Shown piece by piece: positions 1-11,854 of a DNA stretch of 64,000 nucleotides (position 1 is its first letter; every line of letters begins with the position of its first letter). The notes beneath the pieces were generated by a model. That model saw nothing but the letters and a program-made list of their open reading frames with translations, ran no database searches and had not been told where the DNA came from. This stretch comes from Glaucostegus cemiculus (taxonomy: Eukaryota): NCBI GenBank assembly GCA_976551045.1, contig CDPCPM010000037.1:14942001-15006000 (forward strand), written 5' to 3'. Both the position numbers and the translations under genes were made by a program.

Positions 1-399
1 TGCAATCTAAGAATCAGCAAATTGAAGTGACCTTCAAGCTTTTACATGTCATTCTTGAAGTAAAAAACTTGAAAAATGCTAAATATTGTTAAATACATGA
101 GATTTTTTTTACAATATACTTCCTAAATACCTCACCTTTGGTCCAAACAAAAATAATGCTTACAAGTGTCAAGTCTCATTCTCTCAAGAATATTTAAGTC
201 AGACTATTTTTGTAACTTTTCATGTTTGAAGCTTCAGCTTTAATCCTATGTCCATCACCCAATCTTTGTTTCCTGTAAGAAACAAAGTCCATACTTTCTA
301 TTTCTTGCTTTGTTATCCAGGAGGTCTTCAGTTCAATTGGCTGAACAGACTGCCAGGTAATTTTACACTTGGTTCCATCTGTCCATTATCCTGCACAAG

Positions 400-665
400 T
401 AGTCCCCCTCCCCCCTTTTATCTGGTCTCACCCATCACTTACCAGACTCTGTTCCACCCCTCCCTTCTACTGTTATATATTGGCAATCTTTCCTTTTCCT
501 TTCAGTCTTGATGCAGAGTCTCAACCCAAAAGGTTGATGTACACCTTCTCTCCTGCACCTACCACCGCCCCCCTCCCCACCACCACAGATGTTGCTTGAC
601 CTGCTGAGATCTTCCAGTGTTCTGTTTTTTGTTCCCGATTCCAGCATCTGCTGTTTCTTTTGTCT
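400..665 (+). repeat. Penelope-type short repeat (chondrichthyan 'gatgctgcctgacctgctgag...tccagca' family)
   Basis: cagatgttgcttgacctgctgagatcttccag...gattccagcatctgc; same motif recurs near 10500, 35040, 39890, 42060, 55480 and 59720. Confidence 0.6.
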
Positions 666-937
666 TGATAATTTTACAATTGGTCTGGTATGGTAAGATC
701 TCCTGTAGATGGTGCCAGATTCAAAGTCACATCACAAAAGAGGAAAACTCTGACACAAATCAGTAGGGAGCACCCTTCTTCTTCTCCTCATCTGAAATTG
801 TGCAAAATCATCTTCCAATTACTTTGGCTCTTAATACTTTGTAGTTCAATTAATAAGACAGACAACTATCAAAATGTAAATAAAAATCTTTAATACATCC
901 CATTGGAGCTACAAATGATTCTCTCACCAACATTCTT

Positions 938-1136
938 CTAACAGGCCACATTATAGTACATTTTCTGTGGTGTTTCAGCCCGGGTAGGTGGGTTGATCAT
1001 ACCAACAGTGGGGACGAGGGGAAGATCACTGACAGTCAAATGCAGAGGACCGTGGTTCATAGGAACCTTTAGATGATGTGCAAGTACAGAAATGGCAGCA
1101 GCATTAAAATTATAAATTTGTGGCATGTTTTCGAGC
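938..1136 (-). CDS. Candidate alternative terminal exon (RLENMPQIYNF...KMYYNVAC*), unverified
   Basis: ttcattaacag|GCTC acceptor in phase 2, 65 open codons + TAG, ATTAAA at 894-889. Confidence 0.3.
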
Positions 1137-2124
1137 CTGTTAATGAACATAGCAAATTGATGCCAAAGCACACACCATCAATATAAAGTAGATGTTTTGC
1201 AATCATGATATTACCCAGTTCCTTTTTATCCCCACCCCCACCGGGACTTCGATACTTTTTGAAGTGGCTGTATGACTACCCCACAATTCATTTGCAATAA
1301 TCCTTTAAATCTTCCAACCTCCATAACTTTTAAATTACTTCAACAACTTCTAACTAAAAGAAAATAATGCAGGTGCCAGCAATCTGAAACTAAAACAAGT
1401 CACTAAAGTACACAACAGACCAGTCATCATCTTTCACTATTTTGGGTGATGGACTTTGTCAAATGTTCTGAGGAAATGAAATTTTGGCTGTCCCTTTCAC
1501 CCTTCCGGAGGCAACTTCCTCTGTTCACTTTTAAAAAAAAATCATTTAAATTAGGTTGACTAGAAATGACTATGCGATTTCATAAACACAATGAGATCTG
1601 GAACTAAGTATTCTGATGTAATTTATGTCAGTGTTATGTTAATTGATTATTAGGCTGAGACACTGGCAAACACTCCAGTCTCACCTTTGGCCTCGGGTCA
1701 CTTATAATCTCAATGATAGAGGAGTATGCATGGCCATGAGGTTGTGGATTGCATTGGTCTACCATTAAACTCCTGCAGATGATCAACTGCACCTCCTGGA
1801 TGAAAGATAAACTCTTAATTTGTCCATTCAGCACAGCAGACAAGTTCCTCAGTGGAAAAGGGTCTAAGGCCTGCATACTGCTTGCGTGGCCCTTCCATTC
1901 CTGAACTTACCTGGTACCGATGGGGCAGCCATTCCAAAGTCCAGCAACATGCAAACTGAGAATGAAATATTAGAATTTATTGTTCATGAAGATTTTTGTT
2001 TTAAATTTGGACATTTGAACAGGAACCAAACCCAGTTCTGGTCAAGTAACATGTTCAGGATAGAAAGCTTTGGCTGCAATTACTTTGTCGTTCAATTATT
2101 AAATGAAAAAAAATAAGGCAGACA

Positions 2125-5100
2125 ATTCCTAAAACGTAAATAAAAATTTATTGCCTATCAGGTTAAATCTACTATTTCAATAAAATAACATTAATCAAAC
2201 TTTCTGTACAATGGAAAATTAAAGAAAAACTACATCATAAACCTAATTTATTTACATTAGCAAAACAATGGTTACTAGCGTTATACACAACAATGGCTTT
2301 GTGTCAAATTTTATTAAGTCACTGCATGAAAGTGCACCTCTTCCTTGCGGCACTTGATAAAAAGTATTGCACTGGTAATGACAGTAACTGTTAAGGGCTT
2401 TGCACTATCCATCTAAATCAAGCAAAATGATTGTCGTAGTTTTACGAGTCTGTGAATTGACAACTTCCACATAAGAGGTGCAGTCTATTTAGATCCAAGA
2501 CTTCAAGTGACACAGAATTGTATTAATGATCCTGAATGTTTAACACAATTGCAGCATCCTGGTAAACAAGGATTAGATGAGACTCAGAATAACTACACCA
2601 CCTTCTGAGCCATATTGAGTATTTTAAAATTGGGCGTGCAACTAAATGCATAATTTTGCTATTTAAGAGACATTTTATTTATTCAGTGGATTACCACTTG
2701 GGATCCAAATTCACTGGATGATTCTTTTTCTGCTGAATACATGCAAATTGTCAATTCAGAGTTATAGACACAGCTTTAATGCATGCAAGACTGCCAAAAT
2801 ATCTATCTGTACCAACAGGAGATTTTAAATAGTCTGATTTCAAGTCTTCCCTTAACAAACTTGGAATTTTAATCTGGGTACACAGTAAATAAAGGAAAAA
2901 TATGTAATGAGAAAAACCACAAATTAGGCATCAGAGCTACAATGCTCATTATTTCTTAACTGATGTGTAGAAAAATTCCAAGATGTACAGTGTAAGGTCC
3001 AACCCAAATCTATCAAAGGCTTTATGTAACTCAGCACCAAAGGGAATGAACAATTGCTGTCCAGTAGCCCAGGTGGAAGTTATGCATAAGAACAGAAATT
3101 TTAATGGCCAAGGTAAAATAGTCTGGCAGCAATCCCCATTAAGTTCACACCCAAGGAATAACCAGCTGCATCAGGTGAAAGGGCTGCAGACACCTATTGA
3201 CACACAGCAAGAATCTTCAAGAAAGAAAATGGAACAAGAGGATCAAGGAAGAAAAAGAAATGAAATATTGCACTATGACATATATACAATCTCACTAAGC
3301 TGTCTTACTTGAACTGTTTCAGTGAAAATGAAGATAAATTGGTGTGAAACAATGATCCACTTTCTAGATTATAGACACTCCATATATGAATGGATTGGAA
3401 ATAAAATAACATTAGAAAATGATAGCTCTGAGCCAGAATTAAATGTAGTTATCTTATTTCCTTTGCCTAGTCACATGATTCTAAAACAAAACTTTCAAAT
3501 TCACAATTTAAAACATGTACAAGCAAACTACACTAATTCAGCATCTACCAGTCAGTAAAATGGTTAAGGTACTTTTAAAACAAATGCAAATGAAGATACT
3601 TTACATGGTAAAAAAATAGATTAAGTGTGATAAAATATTTACTGCATTAACACTGAATGAAATTGTGTTCCAAAGCAAAAATGACTGACTTTTAAGAGTC
3701 TATTCTATATTTTAAGGCACTATTAAAAGGGCTTCAAAACAGAACTTTGCCCTGAGACAACCGCTTCAACACTTATCCAATGTGCAAATATACCACAGAA
3801 ATTTTAAAAAGTTAGTACTAAAACCAAAATTCTTACAAGTCTTCTGACTCATGTGTGACAAAACATCCAGAGCAAATCAGATAGTCTTTTTATACATGTA
3901 ATTCTACCCCAAGATTCAGCAAATTCTAATGAAAACCTGACATATACTGGCATATAGTCTGCCTTTTTCCCCTCGCAAGTAAAAGACTCCAATTCTTCCC
4001 TCATTAATTCAACAGCTGACAAATTGTGCAAACAAATACTATTTGAGAAACATTTAAGATCGGACCTTGGATGCAAACACAAGATACACTACTGTACTTT
4101 CATGGAACTTCACCTTTTCATTTTTGTCACAAAAAGCTTAAATAAAAATGTGAAATAATTTAATACTGGTGATTCTTCCACTGTTGTTCAAAGTAAAACT
4201 GGATGCTACTATTGGCCATAACAAGAAAGCGCCATTCAACAAAACTGTCAGAAATACCAGTGCTCAGTGCCATCATTTGTAAACTTCTAAGTGGAATTCT
4301 TCAGATTTCAGGCAAAATGTGTGACACTACAGTAATGGTTTCATAAATTTGAAGGGTTTTGTTTTATAATTTAGTTGCAATTCTATATGGAAAGGCTAAC
4401 AGATTAACTGTCATGTTGCATTTTAATTAACTTGTACTGCTATTGTTTGGTTTTGGAAAGTAAATGGAAAATTAAAGCATTGATTCAGCAGAAGAATGAA
4501 CACAGTTTAAGCAATTCCAGTTTGATGATATTCAATGCTCCTGCCTTGAAAAGGCTTAAAGCAAGGGATGTTATTATAGTGAAAAGTTTTAAATTGTTTG
4601 ATTAAAATATGAATTGGTAGCAAGATACATCAGTACTCTAGTAAACCAGAATGTTAATCGCTGCAGCTACACAATATATAACTGTGTGGACAATATATCA
4701 AATGTATACATGTGTACATTATGTATCAGGTACTTGTTAAAAAGCAGAGTAGCTGGAACTCAGTCTAATGAATTCAGCAACCTATTTATATAACATTCTG
4801 CTTTTATTTCGGTGAATTTTATGCGGTGTTTTTGGTATTCTAAAAACCAATGTCCTCATTTGAGATGCATATGCAATTGGTAGAATTCCAACACGAGGAT
4901 GGAGGAAGGGTAGTGGTGGGTGACGGAGGAATACGTGCTTACACACATTAGCACGCTATTGATGTTAACTAGCAAAATCTGAAAGTCTCATGCATGCCAC
5001 CATTCATAACGATATGGTCCTTTTCAATAATTGTTATATTGGTTAACTTAGCCACATATCCATGAGCTGGCAGGAGGGGGTCAAACAGTCAACTACCATT

Positions 5101-5279
5101 TTGATATAAATGGAAATCTGCACAGAGACAACTCTCTCTGTGCAGCTTACGACACTGCCATTGTATTACTGTGCATACGTAGACATTCCATAGTTCAACA
5201 AAACACAGATGCCACAAATTGACAATATCCCAGCAGCTCTAATTCTTTGAAGAATCAGGAAGCCATTAGAAAGCAACTT
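2125..5279 (-). other. PREX1: Probable PREX1 3' UTR (about 3.1 kb)
   Basis: Follows stop codon; no recognisable repeats; AU-rich; many miRNA 8mers; ends in an AATAAA cluster; exact end not known. Confidence 0.65.
2147..2315 (-). terminator. Polyadenylation signal cluster (AATAAA at 2152-2147, 2252-2247, 2315-2310)
   Basis: tttatt on + strand; upstream TGTA motifs and downstream T/GT-rich tract on minus strand. Confidence 0.6.
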
Positions 5280-5322
5280 TCATAGGTCTCCATCTGAAGG
5301 TGGTTGACAAAGACGGTAGAGC
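5280..5322 (-). CDS. PREX1: PREX1 last coding exon, 43 nt (RLYRLCQPPSDGDL*)
   Basis: tttttctctag acceptor, phase 2, TGA at 5282-5280. Confidence 0.96.
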
Positions 5323-6129
5323 CTAGAGAAAAAATTCAAAGGAATTGCAAATTTACAATCTATTTTTTCCTGTGCAGAAAAATAACAGGCATATTCTTTA
5401 TTGTAGGAAAAACAATCTTGGGATTTCAGGACTTAACATGTCCCCCAGATTATTAACAAAGCACACTAAGTAGATCAAGGGAGAAACTGCTGTGGTAATG
5501 GAATGAAACCACTGAATCAAGAATCTATTTTGCACCCAGATGATTTTCTTTTCCCTTTGACTGCTAACATGTGATCACCCATTTGCAAGTGGACAATTTC
5601 AAGTCTCACATCCCAAATTTCCCAGAAGTGATTTTTTCCAACCTTGCCCAACAAATTCTACCTCATCTGTTTCCTATCATTTTCTAATGCTAGAATGAGA
5701 ATAAATTAGGTTTGCATTTTTAAGTACTCAAAAGAAATGTTCCAGGCAGCAACTATGGGGAGGCAAACAATTGATTGCCTAGGAACTAAATGTATCCAAG
5801 GAACTCCAGACAATTGCTGCCTTCCCAATATTTAACTGATGAAAATTACAGCTTTTTTAAAAAGAATGTGCGACAAATCAGAGATTGTGAAGGGCATGAA
5901 AGAGACGGAGAGGCAGATCTCAGAATCATCAGCTTATGCATGGCACTTAAGGCTTTTCTTGGAATAATTTTGTTGATTGGCAGCCTGTCAAAATTAGGAG
6001 GGAGTAAAGGATCCATTCTTCTAGTTCCTAGGATTAACTACGCCAGAGATAGAAGAGAACCATTACAGGCTTTTCTCTAACCATGGCTCGGTAAGAAAGA
6101 ATAGAATTGAATGAAGATGATAATATGAT

Positions 6130-9035
6130 CAATTGTGGCAAAGCCTGCCAACAGGTTGAGAAAGATGAGGAGGGATAGTTGTCATGATCCATGTGGGTAC
6201 CAACGATGTAGGTGGAACAAGGAAAGAGGTTCTGCTGAGGGAATATGAGCAGCTAGTGACTAAATGAAAAAAAGCAGAACCAAAAAAGGTAATAAATCTC
6301 TGGATTCCTACCTGAGCCACGTGCTAATTGGCACAGGAACAATAAGATCAGAGAGATAAATGCATAACTCAAAAGACTGGGGTAGGAGAAGTGGGTTTGA
6401 GTTAGTGGTACATTGGCACTGGTATTGGGGAAGGAAGGAACTGTTCTGATGGGACGGGCTCCACCTGAACCATGCTGGGACCAGGGTCTTGGCGAATCAC
6501 ATAACTAGGACTGTGAATGGGGCTTTAAACTAAATGGTTGGGGGCTGGGTTCAACAGATTGGAAAAGTATGGATAAAGTAAAAGGGAAGGAGAGTGCAGG
6601 AGAGGTTACTGAAGTCTCCAGAAAAGAGAATAAAACAAAAGTTTAGAAAGGGATAAGAATTTAACTTCAGGCAACATGGGGACAAATTTGAGAAGAAGGG
6701 TGGTGAATACAGAACTGAAGGTGTTATTTTTGAATGAACGCCATAGATGAAATAAAGGTTGATGAGCTTATAGCACAGTTAGAAATTGGTAGGTTGTGGG
6801 CAACAGAATTGTGGTTGAAAGAAGATCGCAGCTGGGAGCCAAACATCCAAGGATACACATCCTATTGAAAAGACAGGCAGGTGGGTAGAGGGGGTGGGGT
6901 GGCTCTGTTGGTAAAAAAAAATGAAATCAAATCTTAGGTAAGAAGTGATAAAGGATCAGAAGATGTAGAATCCTTGTGGGTAGAGTTAAGAAGCCGCAAG
7001 GGTAAGACGACCCTTTTAGGAGTTGTAATACAGGCCTCTGAATAGTAGCCAGGATGTGGGGTACAATTTAAGAGACAGAAGAAGCATGTAAAACAACAAT
7101 GTTACAGTGGCCATGCGGAATTTCAATATGCAGGTAGATTGGGAAAATCAGGTTGGTACTGGATTCCAAGAGAAGGAATTTGTAGCATGCCTATGAGATG
7201 GCTTTTCAGAGCAGCTTGTGGTCAAGCCCACTTGGGAAAAGGCAATTCTGGATTTGGTGGTGTGTAATGAACCAGATTTCTTTAGGGGGCTAAAGGTAAA
7301 GAAACCCTTTGGAGGCAGTGATCATAATATGATAGAATCCACCCTGCAGTTTGAGGGGGAGAAGCTAAAATTGAATGTATTGGTATTACAGTCGAGTAAA
7401 GGTAACTACAGAGGCACGAGAGGGGAGCTGGCCAAGGCTGATTGGAAGGGGACTCTAACAGGGATGACGGCACAGCAGCAATGGCAGGAGTTTCTGGGAG
7501 TATTTTGGAAGACAGTGTCAGTTCATCCCAAAGAAGAAGCAGCATTCTAGAAAAGATGAGGCAACCATGGCTGACAGGGAAGCCAAAGAGGGCATAAAAG
7601 CAAAAGAGAGGGCATAAAATATTGCAAAAATTAGTGGGCTTTTAAAAACCAACAGGAGGCTAGTAAAAAAGCAATAAGGGAAAAAAGATGAAATATGAAG
7701 GTAAGCTAGCCAATAATAAGTTTTTTTTTCCAGATATATAATGAGTAAAAGAGAGGCAAGAGTGAACATTGGACCGCTGGAAAGGTAGTAATGGGGAACA
7801 AAGAAATGGTGGATGAACTGAACGTGCCAGCAACATGCCAGAAATTCGAGACAGTCAGGGGGCAGGAGTGTTTAGTGTATTACTAAGGAGAAGGTGCTCA
7901 GGAAGCTGAAAGGTCTTAAGGTAGTTAAGTCACCTGGATCGGATGGACTACATCCCAGAGAGGAGCCCATGGTATTACAGGCAAGGTACTAATGTGGATC
8001 GAAGATTGGCTGACTGGCAGAAGGCAAAGAGTGGGAATAAAGGGGCCTTTTCTGGATGGCTGCTGGTGACTAGTGGTGTTCTGCAGGGGTCGGTGTTGGG
8101 TCCGCTACTTTTCACATTATATGTTAATGATCTGGTTAACAGAATTGATGGCTTTGTGGCCAAGTTAGTGGATGATACAAAGACAGGTGGAAGGGAGGTA
8201 GTGTTGAGGAAGCAGGGATTCTGCAGAAAGATTTGGACAGGTTGGGAATATGGCTAAAGTGGCGGATGAAATACTGTGTAGGGAAGTGTATGGTCACACA
8301 CTTTGGTAGAAAGAATGAAGGCGTAGACTATTTTCTAAACTGGGAGCAAATTCAGAAATTGGAGGTGCAAAGGGACTTGGGATCCTAGTGCAGGATTCCC
8401 TAAAGGTTAACTTGCAGGTTGAGTCAGTAGTAAGGAAAGCAAATGCAATGTTAGCCTTTGTTTCGAGAGGTCTAGAATATAAAAGCAAGGATGTAATGGT
8501 TTATAAGGAGTTGGTCAGACTACATTCGGAGTGTTATTTTGGGACCCATACCCAAGGATGGATGTGCTGGCATTTAAGAGGGTCCAGAGGACATGCCTGT
8601 ACTCAATGGAGTTTAGAAGGATGGGGGGGGGGGGCAGTTGTGTGTGTGTGGGGGGGGGGGAATCTCATTGAAACCCACCAGATATTGAAAGGCCTGGATA
8701 AAGTGGATATGGAGAGGAGTTCTCCAGTAGTGCAAGAGTCTAGGACCAGAGGGCACAGTCTCAGAACTGAAGGATGTTCCTTTAGAACAGAGATGAGGAT
8801 GAATTTCTTTAGCCAGAGTGGTGAATCTATGGAATTCATTGCCACAGATGGCTGTGGAGGCCAAGTCATTGGGTATATTTTAAGCAGAGGTTGATAGGTT
8901 CTTGATTAGTAAGGGTGTTAAAGGTTACCGATAGAAGGCAGGAGAATGAGGTTGAGAGAGAAAAATAAGTCAGTCAAGACTGAATGGCCAAGCAGCCTGA
9001 ATGGCCTAATTCTGCTACTATGTCTTATAGTTTTG
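6130..9035 (+). mobile_element. Decayed near-full-length CR1-clade LINE: ORF1 esterase end, APE endonuclease, internally deleted RT, 3' tail
   Basis: IHVGTNDVG and WDGLHLN (SGNH blocks), GGGVALLV, GSDHNMI, SGVLQGSVLGPLLF, AKLVDDTK; many stops and frameshifts. Confidence 0.92.
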
Positions 9036-9338
9036 TTCATGCCTTTGCTAAAGGGATTGCAGTGCTATAGCAATGTGATTGAAGTGTATTAAATAGTTGG
9101 AGGAAAGGAAAGCATGTACTTTCAAGCCAACAATGGGTTCAAGGACTTGACAGGAAATAGCACCTTAAAATATTTAAAATCCTGTCTGCAACTTGAAATA
9201 TTTCACATTCCCAATAACTAACTGGACGTAAACATGCTGAAATACTAGTTTTGTTAGTCCTGGCCAATATAGAAGGAACCGCTAGCATAACTGCTAAATC
9301 TCACACAAACAGAGCAGCATACAGATTTATAAACTTAC

Positions 9339-9406
9339 CTTGGTACAGACTGTGGCATCTGATCCATTACTTTTAAATTTTTGGCAGAGTTCTCAACTCT
9401 TGCACC
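9339..9406 (-). CDS. PREX1: PREX1 penultimate exon, 68 nt (GARVENSAKNLKVMDQMPQSVP)
   Basis: cttcag acceptor after a 99-nt intron, gtaagt donor, phase 0/2. Confidence 0.96.
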
Positions 9407-9505
9407 CTGAAGAAATAAAAACAATTCCATGTTCTCAAATTACAATAACTTAGCTGTATACATTAGGAACTTTATGGCTAATTAACTGGTATTTGAAAGT
9501 TTTAC

Positions 9506-9608
9506 CTGTTTCCTCATAATGTCTGTAGCCTGCATGATGCATCGAGGTAAAAGTCCATGGCTACGGGCCAAAATGACTGCTTGTTCCAGGGTCACACTTA
9601 AAGTACTC
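9506..9608 (-). CDS. PREX1: PREX1 exon, 103 nt ([34 protein letters not shown])
   Basis: atacag acceptor, gtaaaa donor, phase 2/0. Confidence 0.97.
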
Positions 9609-10499
9609 CTGTATAAAATTAAAATTTCAGGACTATTAAAGCAACCACTGGATTCTATTCACACAAGATCTATTCAGATGAGCTGGAGAAAATATAGTCT
9701 CTCCACTATATTTTCTCCACTAAAGAGATCAAATCCTTTTTAAGATCCATTTTATATTTCTCTTGAACAAATCCACAAATGTACAGGGATGACACTGAGC
9801 TTCCAGTTGCCTTCCACTGAAATTTTCTATCTCAATCTTGTCTCTGTGAGCTCTTGTATTACTCCAACAATGCAAGTTCAAGGGCATCAACTCATCTCTC
9901 AACAGGGCATGTTACAGCCCTCAGAACTCAATTGTGAATTCCACCATTTCAAACATCCAGCCTTTCAAGTTTGCGTCAGAACTGATTAGGTGAGATGCAA
10001 AGTCAACATTAACTCAGTTTTTCTTGTTCTACAAATGCTGTCTCACCAATGGAGCATTTCCAGCATCACCTATTATTTCAAATTTCTACCAACTGTGTTT
10101 TCTCTCTCTCTGTTCCAGCATTGGTCTCATTCATCTCCCTCTATTCATACCTCCTCAGAGAGACCAAAGTATTTCCAGCATTCTCTTATTTAAGATTTCC
10201 AATATCTGCAGCTTTGTTTTGCTTTTCAGCAGGCAATGGTGAATTTTACAAGATTAGTATTTTGTCCAAAGATCATGAAATATAAAATTCTCATCCTCCT
10301 GGTACATCCAACTGGCTAAATGTGCATCTGAAGATTTCTGCTTTGCTTGAAAGCAAGAGGAATTTACTATATCTTGTTTAAAATGCAGAAAATTTATAGC
10401 CTTTGTTGGGAAATGCCTAAATCTTCATACAAATTCAGTATTCCACAATCACATACAAGTGTATAAAAATACAGAAAAGTCTTAACATGATGTTGGTTA

Positions 10500-10575
10500 G
10501 ATACAAAGTCTTGGAAGAACTCAACAGGTCAGGCAGCAGAGGGATAGTTTGGGTCAAGACCCTGCATGAGGATAT
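10500..10575 (-). repeat. Penelope-type short repeat fragment
   Basis: reverse complement reads gctgcctgacctgttgagttcttccaag. Confidence 0.5.
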
Positions 10576-11854
10576 TGGTTAGCCTGGATCATGGCAAAAT
10601 TCATTACAAATTAGCAGTTGCCCAACTCAACATTACTGTTTTGACAGGTTCTCAGTTGAAGCATATACAAATTGTAAATTTTAATCTGTGCATTTCAACA
10701 CATCAAAGAAACAAATTCTACACAGTAAAATCAAAGTGGCTTTCTTTGCACAATTGTCAAAAGGAAAACAAACTTAAAAGTTGAACTTAGGCTCTGCATA
10801 AATATAGCTTTGATGGAAGTAACTGTATTAGAAAATGGAATCAAGAAATTACAAATGAAACTTAGACTAACTGTAAATACCCCAAATGTATTTAATTATT
10901 ACAGAGTATATCATCAAATATTTGAGTGTTCAATTTTAAATTACAGGCTTTGCTGTAACAGTCTCAGATGTCACTCCCTGGCTTCACTCTTCCTCTACAC
11001 AATTATATACAAAGGCATATGTTATTGATGATTCAAATGCCAGGTGGAAAAGCAAGTTCCATGAACCCTGTTTGTACTAAAGAACAAACTATACTTGTAC
11101 AACAGCCATGTAAATTGTGATAGCACAAATGCTTCATAACCAATTAATTGGTCATCTACCTAGAGCAGGTGTCAATTTGCTAAAAGCAATATCATATAAA
11201 CAGAAAGGAGTTAAGAACTAGCCAATTTTTATGTAAATAATTTTGATTAAGGGAAAAGTGCTGACCAGGAAACAGGATTCATATTCCTTTCACAACACCT
11301 TGATCAGGTGTACGTGGGGTCAAATTAATAGTCAAAACGACCTTTCTGAAAAATAAAGTGTTCTCACTGAAGTTTCACAATTGCTTCTTCCACTAAAATT
11401 TCCACACCAAATTTAATGCCAAGTTCTCTGTATCTGGTACAAACAAGAGCTGGCATTTGATGGTTTGCTTTAATCTGCAAGTGGCCCGAGGTACCCACTA
11501 TATTCATGCTAATTTGTGGTACTGGGACGTTCTAAAGCTTTGTAGCATTTACAATAATGCAGAACATGGGCGTCATTTCTGCAGTTCCCAGATCTGCAAT
11601 AAAACCTGACTATTATTCTAAGATTGCTGGTGAATTGAAATTTGTACTGTTTAGGCTTTGCTGACTTTAGCATTATCGCAGGATGAAAGATGTCCATGTC
11701 CCCAGGGATACACTATAATGGGAGGTAACCTCAGCCAATAGGGCGCCCAAAGTTCTGCTTTAAGAATGTTATTAAAGGGGATATGAAAGCTTTCAGCACT
11801 CAGTATGGCAAGTGGGAAACTATATCTAGTGCCAGAAGGAAATGGCAACAGAGT

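Noticed and set aside
5141-5160. Minus-strand TGGCAGTGTCGTAAGCTG resembles mature miR-34a
   Set aside because: Only the first 10 nt match exactly, there is no complementary star arm, and it lies in the PREX1 UTR; likely coincidence
5274-5282. Stop-codon readthrough or selenocysteine recoding of the TGA
   Set aside because: Context is TGA-AAG, not TGA-CTAG; no SECIS seen; the stop matches the known PREX1 end
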